A program made the position numbers and the translations under genes. Below, piece after piece: positions 49,723-58,606 of a DNA stretch of 64,000 nucleotides (within the stretch, counting starts at the first letter, position 1; each line of letters starts with the position of its first letter). The notes under the pieces were generated by a model. The model worked only from the letters and a program-made list of their open reading frames with translations, did no database searches and was not told where the DNA came from. The stretch is from positions 32,154-96,153 of the forward strand of contig CALLJF010000012.1 of NCBI GenBank assembly GCA_938091495.1, given 5' to 3'. The DNA is from an uncultured Nitrososphaerales archaeon. GTDB taxonomy: Archaea; Thermoproteota; Nitrososphaeria; Nitrososphaerales; JACAEJ01.

Positions 49723-50748
49723 TTGATACAATTGAGTACAGAGCTTATTCGCCTTGAACACGGAGGCGGCGGAAAACTCATGAGGTCGCTTATCGAGAAT
49801 GTAGTCATACCAAGTTTTTCTCTCAAAAAAGTTGAAGGAGGAACAGGATTGCCAGAGGAAGACGATGGTGCAGTAATACCTATTGGAGAAGGCTATCTTG
49901 TTTTGACTACAGACTCTCATACTGTAAAGCCCTTGTTCTTCCCTGGAGGAGATATAGGAAGATTGGCAATATCTGGTACAATAAACGATCTGGCAGCAAT
50001 GGGCGCAAGACCTATTGCTATAACCTCTGCAATTGTCATAGAGGAAGGCTTCCCTATTTCTCAACTTAAGAGAATTCTTGATTCTATGAATAGGACTTTG
50101 ATGGAAGTAGGTATACCGTTAGTAGCCGGCGATACAAAGGTTGTTGAAAAAGGTGGGATCGACAAGATCGTAATTACAACAGCAGGCATAGGATATACTC
50201 ACACTCCCATTTTCGATAGCGGACTAAAACCTGGAGACATGATAGTAGTAACAGGTCCTATTGGAAGGCACGAAGTCGCTTTACTGTCTAAAAGGGAAGG
50301 ATTAAAGTTTGAGATTCGACTAGAATCTGATGTAGCGCCTCTTTGGAATATGGTAGAAATGGCTTTGAAATCAGGTAAGATCACTTCTATGAAGGATCCT
50401 ACTAGAGGAGGGGTTGCTGGAACTCTTAACGAGATGGCTCGCAAGTCTAATGTGAATATAAACATATGGGAAGATATGGTTCCAGTGGATGATGAGATAA
50501 GAGGTGTAGCTGAAATGTTGGGCATAGACGTCTTTGAAACTACGAATGAAGGGATAATGATAATGGGCGTTGCAAAAGATGACGCTGAAAAAGTGCTAAA
50601 AGCTGTAAAATCTACAAAGCATGGGCAAAAGGCAAGCATCATAGGAGAGGTGGAGAAAGGTGAAGGAATGGTGATCCTTGAGACCAGCACAGGCGGAAAA
50701 AGAATCATAGAAGAACCTATTGGAAGTCCGTTGCCAAGAATATGTTAA
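49723..50748 (+). CDS. hypE: Hydrogenase maturation protein HypE
   Basis: HGGGG, TTDSHTV.PLFFPGGDIG, GDTKVV, DPTRGG, C-terminal PRIC. Confidence 0.97.
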   Translation: MIQLSTELIRLEHGGGGKLMRSLIENVVIPSFSLKKVEGGTGLPEEDDGAVIPIGEGYLVLTTDSHTVKPLFFPGGDIGRLAISGTINDLAAMGARPIAITSAIVIEEGFPISQLKRILDSMNRTLMEVGIPLVAGDTKVVEKGGIDKIVITTAGIGYTHTPIFDSGLKPGDMIVVTGPIGRHEVALLSKREGLKFEIRLESDVAPLWNMVEMALKSGKITSMKDPTRGGVAGTLNEMARKSNVNINIWEDMVPVDDEIRGVAEMLGIDVFETTNEGIMIMGVAKDDAEKVLKAVKSTKHGQKASIIGEVEKGEGMVILETSTGGKRIIEEPIGSPLPRIC

Positions 50749-50793
50749 AGCCTTATGATTAGGTTTATTTGGCACTGAATGCAAATTTATTTT

Positions 50794-51012
50794 ATGTGCC
50801 TAGGCGTGCCTGGCAAGCTTGTGAAGATCGTAGGAGCAAAGGGTATAGTAAGTTTCGGAGGAGCAAAAAGAGAAGTAGATTTATCCCTTATTGAAAAACC
50901 TATCATTGGAGAGTATGTTATAGTCCATGCCGGCTTTGCCATAGAAAGGATAGATGAAGGTGAAGCTAGGAAGACCATAAAGCTTTTGAAAGAGACTTTT
51001 GATTCCTTTTAA
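50794..51012 (+). CDS. hypC: Hydrogenase maturation chaperone HypC
   Basis: MCLGVPG start; GEYVIVHAGFAI. Confidence 0.96.
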   Translation: MCLGVPGKLVKIVGAKGIVSFGGAKREVDLSLIEKPIIGEYVIVHAGFAIERIDEGEARKTIKLLKETFDSF

Positions 51013-53350
51013 AATCTTTTGCCAAGAGCTTTGATGCCCCTAATACTGCTTGACCTAAAGCTAATCCACCATCTCCACAAGGTAAGATTCTATGCCTCAA
51101 GAAGGCTAAACCTTCCTTCTCAACTTTGCTTCTGATGATTTTAGTCATGGCTTCATTGTAGGCAACCCCCCCTGAAAATCCGATGAATTTTATGCCTTTT
51201 TCTTTAGCCACTCTTGTGGCTATATCTGCCAAGCCTTCAGCCAGTCCTCTTTGGAAAGAAGCAGCCAAGTGCCTTCTTGACTCACCCTTTTGCAAGAGAG
51301 ATTTTACTTCAGCGAAGGCATCAGATGTCATCAGTATTTCTTTATCATCTAAGTTTTGGAACTTAAATGATAAAGGTATCGAATCATCTCCTTCAATTGC
51401 TAGAGATTCTAGCTTCATAGCCCCCTCTCCCTCATAAGTCCTCTTAAAGCAAATGCCTAGAAGGCAAGATAAGGCATCAAGAACTCTTCCAGTGCTCGTT
51501 GTTAGAGGTGTGTTTATCCTTTTTTCGATCTGTTGAAAGACTACATCTACCTCCTTTGCTCCATATTTAAAACCATTAAAATAGTTTGCCTTAAGAAAAT
51601 CAGTCAATTCTCTTTTTTCAATGACTTTATAGAGAATGCTTTGAAGCATGCGACCATACCAAATCGCGCTTAGATCTCCACCAGGCATAAACTGTGGCTC
51701 TAAACTAGCAACTCTCTCAAATCGGCTATACCCTCCCAATAGTATTTCCCCTCCCCAAAGCGATCCATCAGTACCATAGCCTATGCCATCACATGTTATC
51801 GCTAAAATTTCATCCCTAGGATCAATTCTATTTTCAGTCATAAGGGATGCAAGATGAGAATGGTGATGCTGAACCTCAAAGATTGGTGCACTAAATCTTT
51901 TTGAAAATCTTTCAGCTACTTTACGAGTATGAAAAAGGGGATGAAGATCAACTACAATCGAATCTAAGCTTTCTACCTTCAATATCTTTATAAGATGTTC
52001 TATAGCCTCTTCCAAGAATCTAATGCTTTCTAAACTCTCAACTTCTCCCACATGCTGGCTTAAAAACGCTTTATCCTTTTTGATCAAGCAAGAGGCAACC
52101 ATGAACTCTCCTCCTACAGCCAATATATTGCTATTGAAAGGCAACGGTATCAAAAGAGGGGTTGGAGTGTATCCTCTCGACCTTCTTATGGGCAATGGCT
52201 CATTATCAATAATTCTTATGACAGAATCATCGCACCTCATGTATATTCTTCTATTGTGAATGAGAAAGTAGTCAGCTATATTCTTCATTCTTCTAAAGGC
52301 TTCTTGATTTTCTATAATCATAGGCTCATCAGGGTTATTGGCTGAAGTCATCACGAATGTCTTAGTATTGGCATAATGGAAGAGTGTATGATGAATTCCA
52401 GAGTAAGGGAGCATAACACCAATGTTATGAAGTTGAGGCGAAACATTTTTAGCCAACGCAGATGGTTCCTTTTTTCTTAACAGAACTATGGGTGCCATTA
52501 GAGAATTGAGTAACTGCTCTTCTATGCTTGATATGTAAGCAAAACTCTTCACTTCTTTCAAGTTTGAAGACATTACAGCGAAGGGTTTTTGGGGTTTTCT
52601 CCTTCTTACCCTTAACTCGTTTATTGCCTCTTCATTGTATGCATCTACAGAGAGATGGAAGCCTCCAACTCCCTTAATGGCTACTATATAACCCTCGTCA
52701 ATTAGTTTTGCAGCTTCTTCTATTGGATTTCCATTAACTAAGCTTTCATCATTTCTTCTCAATTCATATTTTGGACCGCAATTTGGGCAGCACGTTGTTT
52801 GAGCGTTAAAACGTCTATCGGGTGGATGGTTATACTCCTTTTCACAATCTGGGCAAAGAGGGAAATTTTTCATGGTAGTTCTTTCTCTATCGTATGGTAA
52901 CTCTTCGATTATTGTGAATCTTGGACCACAGTTGGTGCAACTGGTGAAAGGATAAAGGTAGAAGCGAGCATGAGGGTCAAAGATTTCTTTTGTACAATCA
53001 TTGCATGTTGCTAGGTCTGGCGTTGGGTAAGATAGACCTCCGCTGCTCTCTATCGAGCTTCTCTCAATCTTAAAATCTTTAAAATCGCCTTTGAAAGGCT
53101 TAAAGTCTATGTGCAAGTCTGTGTAATATGCCAAAGGAGGCTTTTCTTCAACAAGACTCTTAAGAAAATCTTTGATAATTTTTTCATTTCCTTCTACTTC
53201 AATCCTAACGCCTGCATCTCCAAGGTTTAGTACATAACCTGTTAAGTTGTATCTAGTGGCCAATCTATAAACGAAGGGTCTATACCCTAACCCTTGAACA
53301 AGACCCGATACACTAACGATTGCTCTTACTTTTTTGGGCATCTTCTTCAT
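50966..53350 (-). CDS. hypF: Carbamoyltransferase HypF
   Basis: Acylphosphatase domain (GLVQG.G.RP), two zinc fingers, YrdC-like and Kae1-like domains (QHHHSH), GDGG.ALGQ. Confidence 0.97.
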   Translation of the reverse strand: MKKMPKKVRAIVSVSGLVQGLGYRPFVYRLATRYNLTGYVLNLGDAGVRIEVEGNEKIIKDFLKSLVEEKPPLAYYTDLHIDFKPFKGDFKDFKIERSSIESSGGLSYPTPDLATCNDCTKEIFDPHARFYLYPFTSCTNCGPRFTIIEELPYDRERTTMKNFPLCPDCEKEYNHPPDRRFNAQTTCCPNCGPKYELRRNDESLVNGNPIEEAAKLIDEGYIVAIKGVGGFHLSVDAYNEEAINELRVRRRKPQKPFAVMSSNLKEVKSFAYISSIEEQLLNSLMAPIVLLRKKEPSALAKNVSPQLHNIGVMLPYSGIHHTLFHYANTKTFVMTSANNPDEPMIIENQEAFRRMKNIADYFLIHNRRIYMRCDDSVIRIIDNEPLPIRRSRGYTPTPLLIPLPFNSNILAVGGEFMVASCLIKKDKAFLSQHVGEVESLESIRFLEEAIEHLIKILKVESLDSIVVDLHPLFHTRKVAERFSKRFSAPIFEVQHHHSHLASLMTENRIDPRDEILAITCDGIGYGTDGSLWGGEILLGGYSRFERVASLEPQFMPGGDLSAIWYGRMLQSILYKVIEKRELTDFLKANYFNGFKYGAKEVDVVFQQIEKRINTPLTTSTGRVLDALSCLLGICFKRTYEGEGAMKLESLAIEGDDSIPLSFKFQNLDDKEILMTSDAFAEVKSLLQKGESRRHLAASFQRGLAEGLADIATRVAKEKGIKFIGFSGGVAYNEAMTKIIRSKVEKEGLAFLRHRILPCGDGGLALGQAVLGASKLLAKDFKRNQKSLSKALWSS

Positions 53351-53408
53351 ACGTCCAAATCGTTATAAGCCTGATGTAAATAAAATAACATACAACTTTG
53401 TGATAAGT

Positions 53409-54521
53409 TTGTCGTCCAAGGCTTTGACAAAGGATTACAGAAATAAGGATTTAATATCAAATTTAGCCAAAATTATCAGAGAAGAGGCTTCAAACGATAA
53501 CTATAGATTCATGCATGTGTGTGGCACTCATGAAGATACTATTACAAAACATGGTTTGAGGTCTATTCTTCCCAGTAATATAGAAGTAGTGGCTGGTCCA
53601 GGCTGTCCTGTCTGCGTTACACATCCTGAGAAGATAGAGTTGGCATTGAAACTCCTTGAGGAAAGGAAGAACATAATTCTAACCACTTTTGGGGATATGT
53701 ATAGAGTGCCATCGAAGTATGGAAGAAGCTTCAGTCATGCCAAAGCTCAAGGATTTGATGTTAAGGTTGTTTACAGCATATCAGACTCAATAAGAATGGC
53801 AAAAAACAATGATGATAAAGAAGTGGTACATTTCGCAGTAGGTTTTGAGACTACAGCACCATCTACAGCATCTACTCTTTTACAAGACCCTCCTGAGAAC
53901 TTCTCAATAGTATCTGCTCATCTAATAGTTCCGCCAGTATTGGATTATCTTTTGGCATCGGGCGAAGTTGCAGTTCAAGGCCTTGTATTGCCAGGCCATG
54001 TCTCAACCATAATAGGTTCCAAAGCCTACGAATTTCTTGCCAATAAATACAAGGTTCCTCAAGTAGTTGCTGGATTTGAGCCTCTAGATGTAATCATTGC
54101 TCTGAAGATGTTATTAAGGCAAGTTAAAGAAGGCGAAATCAAAGTTGAGAATGAATATGGCAGAGTGGTAAAACCAGATGGAAATTTAAAAGCAAAAAGG
54201 CTGATGAATGAAGTTTTCAAGCAAGAAGACGCTAAATGGAGAGGTTTGGGTGAAGTGCCTAAATCAGGCCTAGGACTTAAGCCAGAATTCAAAAAGTTCG
54301 ATGCTTCTGTTAAATTCGATGTAGAGCCACCCGAAATCGCTAGAGATATAGAGATTGGATGTAGATGTAGTGACGTCATAAAAGGATTGGTAAAGCCTGA
54401 AGAATGTAAGTTTTTTAGAAGAGTCTGCACTCCTTATGATCCCAGAGGACCATGCATGGTCAGCATTGAGGGTACCTGTGCCATTGCATACAAGTATGGA
54501 AGGCTGAAACTTAAAAACTAA
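53409..54521 (+). CDS. hypD: Hydrogenase maturation protein HypD
   Basis: MHVCGTHE, GPGCPVC, GFETT, PGHVS, GPCMVS.EG.C; start likely the TTG at 53409. Confidence 0.97.
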   Translation: MSSKALTKDYRNKDLISNLAKIIREEASNDNYRFMHVCGTHEDTITKHGLRSILPSNIEVVAGPGCPVCVTHPEKIELALKLLEERKNIILTTFGDMYRVPSKYGRSFSHAKAQGFDVKVVYSISDSIRMAKNNDDKEVVHFAVGFETTAPSTASTLLQDPPENFSIVSAHLIVPPVLDYLLASGEVAVQGLVLPGHVSTIIGSKAYEFLANKYKVPQVVAGFEPLDVIIALKMLLRQVKEGEIKVENEYGRVVKPDGNLKAKRLMNEVFKQEDAKWRGLGEVPKSGLGLKPEFKKFDASVKFDVEPPEIARDIEIGCRCSDVIKGLVKPEECKFFRRVCTPYDPRGPCMVSIEGTCAIAYKYGRLKLKN

Positions 54522-54557
54522 TATTTGTAATAATTTTAGTCAAGGGGGTCTCTATTA

Positions 54558-54962
54558 TTGCATGAACTTGCTTTGGTGGAAGGGATAATTTCAAATGTTA
54601 TAGACCTTGCTCATGAGCGGAAAGGACATGTAGTAAGTTTCAAAGTTGCCATTGGAGAATTCGCTCAATTCGATAAAAAGTTGATAAAAGATTTGCTAGT
54701 AGAACTTGTAAAAGGAACAGAATTGGAAAGGGCTAAGATGACGGTAGAAATTGAGAAGGCAGAGATAAAATGCCTTTACTGTAATTCTAAGTGGAAAGTA
54801 AATGAACTATTAGAACCATTATCTAACGATCAAAAGGAGATGATACACTTCTTGCCTGAATTGTTAAACTCTTTTACCAAATGCCCTAACTGTGGAAAGA
54901 GCGATTTTGAGATAGAAAAAGGAAGAAGTGTGAGAGTAGTAGAGGTCGAATTAAATGTCTAA
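54558..54962 (+). CDS. hypA: Nickel insertion protein HypA (long, Thermococcales-like spacer)
   Basis: (M)HE start, CLYC...IHFLPE...CPNCG, KGRSV. Confidence 0.95.
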   Translation: MHELALVEGIISNVIDLAHERKGHVVSFKVAIGEFAQFDKKLIKDLLVELVKGTELERAKMTVEIEKAEIKCLYCNSKWKVNELLEPLSNDQKEMIHFLPELLNSFTKCPNCGKSDFEIEKGRSVRVVEVELNV

Positions 54963-55755
54963 AACTAATACAAGCTTAGACTTTAGAGAAGGCATAATTA
55001 GAAAAAGATTAGATAAGATAAACAGAACAATCCTCGTTACAAGTGGCAAAGGAGGGGTAGGAAAAAGCATGGTGGCAACAACCATGGCAGCTTCGATGGC
55101 AAAGTCTGGTATGAAAGTTGGTCTTTTAGACGCTGATGTTTATGGACCTTCTTCTGCTTTTATTTTCAAGGTGAAAGATTTGCCAAGAGAAGATAGGCAC
55201 GGTCTTTTGCCTCCAGTTTCTAATGGTGTAAAAGTTATGTCTCTAGATTTATTCGTTAAAGGAAAACCTCTTCCAATAAGTGGAAAAGGGGCTAGACAGA
55301 TCATCAAAGAATTGCTTGCACTAACAGAATGGGGGGATTTGGATTTCTTGATAGTAGATACACCTCCTGGCACTGGTGATGTTTTGATGACTTTGATCAA
55401 GACTTTAGGAAACAAGTCAAGTTCTATAGTAGTGACTTTACCAACAGCCCTCTCCACATCTATTGTTCGAAGGGTTATAGAGCTATTGCTATCTTCACAA
55501 ATCCCTATACTAGGTGTGCTAGAGAATATGTCATATATAGCCAGTAGCAAGACAAGACCTATACAAAGTAGTGAAGGAAAGTCACTCGCATCAGAATTTG
55601 GTGTGAAATTTCTAGGAGAGTTGCCCATAGATTATGAGGCATCCAAAGTTGCTGATGCTGGCGATATGCAATCTTTACTTAAGACCGATTTTGCAAGGGC
55701 TCTAGTAATTTCACTAGAAAAATTGAACCTCATAAAAAATGTGGAATTATCTTAG
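54955..55755 (+). CDS. Mrp/MinD-family ATPase, probable ATPase-type HypB
   Basis: SGKGGVGKS, DADVYGPS, DTPPGTGD, ENMSY but no CxxC; overlaps hypA. Confidence 0.8.
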   Translation: MSKTNTSLDFREGIIRKRLDKINRTILVTSGKGGVGKSMVATTMAASMAKSGMKVGLLDADVYGPSSAFIFKVKDLPREDRHGLLPPVSNGVKVMSLDLFVKGKPLPISGKGARQIIKELLALTEWGDLDFLIVDTPPGTGDVLMTLIKTLGNKSSSIVVTLPTALSTSIVRRVIELLLSSQIPILGVLENMSYIASSKTRPIQSSEGKSLASEFGVKFLGELPIDYEASKVADAGDMQSLLKTDFARALVISLEKLNLIKNVELS

Positions 55756-55794
55756 TAAGATGCTGTTTTAAAAAATAAGAAGGCGGATACAGTT

Positions 55795-56000
55795 ATTCGT
55801 GTCATAGATATTAAATTCCTAGATGTTGCCTGTTTCGGGTCCATCATTGAATAGGTCATACTCAACATTCTCTTTCACTACGTTGAACGCTATGATGTTG
55901 TAACTTGTTTCGAACATGCTATCAGGACTGAACCGGACGATTCCTATACCGTTGTCTCTTACTGTATTCCAAACTATCGTATTGTTGCTCGATTCTACCT
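55795..56000 (-). pseudogene. C-terminal remnant of a NosD-like right-handed beta-helix protein
   Basis: VESSNNTIVWNTVRDNGIGI...SYNIIAFNVVKENVEYDL... flanked and interrupted by stop codons. Confidence 0.5.
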
Positions 56001-56079
56001 AGTCGATTTATCCTATGCTAATATCCCTTGGTCTAGCATCTGGGATATAAAATCTTCTATGCTCCCACATCATTATCGA

Positions 56080-56202
56080 TGCGGGGGGTGGGATTTGAAC
56101 CCACGAAGGCCTTAGCCAGCAGATCTTGAGTTTAGGCTTTTTAACTGCCCCCTTTTGTCGTCTAATTTAAGTTTGGCTTTAACCTGGCTTGGGGACCCCC
56201 GC
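56080..56202 (-). tRNA. tRNA-Leu(CAA) with a 25-nt D-loop insert (about 56153-56177) and a 13-nt intron at 30/31 (56132-56144)
   Basis: Removing 38 nt gives an 85-nt GCGGGGG...GCAGA-CT-CAA-GA-TCTGC...CCCCCGC-A; the 30/31 intron has the BHB helix GGGC/GCCT. Confidence 0.88.
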
Positions 56203-56240
56203 AATATCAAATAAAATTCTCTATAATTAATTCTTTATCA

Positions 56241-56456
56241 TCATCTAGGAGATAAGAAAGAAATTACAAGGATAAAGATGAACATAACTACAAAGAATAG
56301 CAGATAGAGCCTGCTCGTCCTTCTAGCCTTCTTTTGTGCTTTTAATTCTTTTTCTCGACACTCGTTGGAGCAATAATCTTTACCCCAGGGTATGGATTTG
56401 CCACATACTTTACAATGTGTATGTAAAGGAATTGGTCCTCTTTCTCTTGCAGACAT
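56241..56456 (-). CDS. DUF2116-family zinc-ribbon membrane protein
   Basis: HTHCKVCGKSIP..KDYCSNEC plus a C-terminal TM helix. Confidence 0.88.
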   Translation of the reverse strand: MSARERGPIPLHTHCKVCGKSIPWGKDYCSNECREKELKAQKKARRTSRLYLLFFVVMFIFILVISFLSPR

Positions 56457-56465
56457 TTTTAACGC

Positions 56466-57167
56466 CTAATATTCATTGTTCTTTTGAACTTTTTCGTTGC
56501 TAATAACTGTACCTATCCTTTCGCCTTTTATTGCCAACCTAATGCCTTCAGGTTTAAAGCCATTTAGTATTATGGCCTTTATGCCGGATTCTCTAAGAAT
56601 TCTTACTGCCTTTGCATCCAAGACGCTATGCATGCCTGGTTTGTGCTTCGCTTTTGAGATATCGCTCAACTCATCAAAGCTGATATAGTCAAGCTTCTTA
56701 GCCTCAGGATAAATTTTAGGATCTCTAGTGTAAACTCCTTCTTGATCTGTTGCTTTAATTAACAGATCAGCCTTGATGGCTTTAGCGATCATGGCTGCAA
56801 CAGAGTCTGTGGTCATGCCTGGTTTCAATCCGCCCATAACAGTTATGCTCGAAACTCTCAACAATCGGGTGAGTTGACCTATTGAAGACGGAATTACGTC
56901 TGGCGCTATACCTTTAAGCATCTTGGCCAGAAGTCTAGCGTTTAACCTGGAGACCAATATAGCCAAATCATCTTTATCTTCGTCCTTTAAGCCCAAAACC
57001 TCAGCCGTCTCTATGTATTGCCTTGAGAGAGGGCCGCCGCCAACGACAATAACAAGAACGTGTCCCTCCTCCTTTAACCTTAAAATTTGCTCTGCATAAG
57101 ACTTTAAGATTAAGGGGTTAGGTGGAGAGCCTATTATCGAACCGCCTATCCTTAGAACTATCTTCAT
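56466..57167 (-). CDS. pyrH: UMP kinase
   Basis: IGGS, VGGG, PGMTTD.VAA, GVYTRDP. Confidence 0.94.
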   Translation of the reverse strand: MKIVLRIGGSIIGSPPNPLILKSYAEQILRLKEEGHVLVIVVGGGPLSRQYIETAEVLGLKDEDKDDLAILVSRLNARLLAKMLKGIAPDVIPSSIGQLTRLLRVSSITVMGGLKPGMTTDSVAAMIAKAIKADLLIKATDQEGVYTRDPKIYPEAKKLDYISFDELSDISKAKHKPGMHSVLDAKAVRILRESGIKAIILNGFKPEGIRLAIKGERIGTVISNEKVQKNNEY

Positions 57168-57259
57168 ACCAATGCTCCAAGTTTTTGAAATATTCTTAAC
57201 TTATTTATGCCTATCCCAATTCAAACGATAGCTATTAATTCATCTTCATGGGTTATATG

Positions 57260-58517
57260 TATGATGAGTTCAAGAGTCGATTCAGTAGCATTCTACAAGA
57301 TGAAAAGGACTTTGGCAGAACTCTCTACTAAAAAAGGTAGAGGCACTGAGCTAGTGTCATTATATATACCGCCAAAAAGGCCATTGCACGAGGTCATAAG
57401 TGCTTTAAAAGATGAGTATGGTACAGCATCTAACATAAAGTCTGACAGCACTAGAACACACGTTCAAGACGCTTTGGTGAAGATCATGCAAAGATTGAAA
57501 CTCTATGATAAAACACCTGAAAACGGGCTTGCCATATTTTGTGGTGCCTTGCCTCTAAGCCCTAACGCCCCGCTTGGTAGCGAAGTTCTACAACTGTATG
57601 AGGTACTGCCTCACAAGCCAATACAAACCTATCTTTATAGATGCGATGATCATTTTCACCTAGAGCCCCTTCGTGAAATGATAAAAGAGGAAAAAATTAT
57701 AGGAATCATCTCCATAGATAATACTGAAGCGGGGCTTGGAATAGTATCGGGCAATAGACTAGAAGTTGTAGACGTGGTTACTTCAGGAGTATCGGGAAAG
57801 CATAGAGCAGGAGGGCAGTCAGCTAGAAGGTTTGAACGCCTCAGAGAAGCTGAGATTAACGATTATTTCAACAGATTAGCAAAACATGCGACCAAAGTCT
57901 TCTTAGAGCAGTATAGCATCAAAGGTTTGGTAATAGGAGGGCCTGGTCCTACCAAAGACTATTTCTTAAAAGGGGAGTATCTAGATTACAGGTTGCAAGA
58001 CAAAGTATTGGCAGTCGTGGATACTTCTTATTCAGGGAGGGAAGGGATAAGGGAGACTATAGATAGGGCTAAAAGTGTTCTGCAAGACTTGAGAATAATA
58101 GAAGAAAAGGAACTAGTCAAGAAATTCTTAAATGAAGTCTCTTCAGACAAAGGCTTGGCAATATATGGAGTTCAAGAAGTGATAGATTCTTTGAAAAGGG
58201 GGAATGTGCATACCATTCTTGTTTCTGAGGATGTGGGTCTTGAATATCTTCAAGTAACGTGCAAAAAGTGTGGCTCAGTTAGAGAGGTCGTGATCGATCA
58301 AGAAAGCAAGATCTCTGAAAAACAGAAGTTAATCTCAGAACCATGCCCTTCATGTGGCAGTAATGACATTGAAATAGTTGAGAAAGATTTTATCGATTTC
58401 CTGGCTGACAAAGCCATAGATTCAGGAACCAAAGTAGAGGTCATATCTTCTAAGAGTGAGGAGGGAGTCATGTTCAAGAGCTTTGGAGGAGTTGGAGCTC
58501 TCCTAAGATATAGATGA
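57260..58517 (+). CDS. prf1: Peptide chain release factor aRF1
   Basis: GRGTELVSLYIP, ASNIKS, YRCD, GGQS, FGGVGALLRY. Confidence 0.98.
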
Positions 58518-58606
58518 GATACTAGACATGTCCTTCTTGCATTATGACCTTTTAGCTTAAATATTGTATATTCTCTTTTAACTCTCCAAGACCGATTGGT
58601 GTCTTA

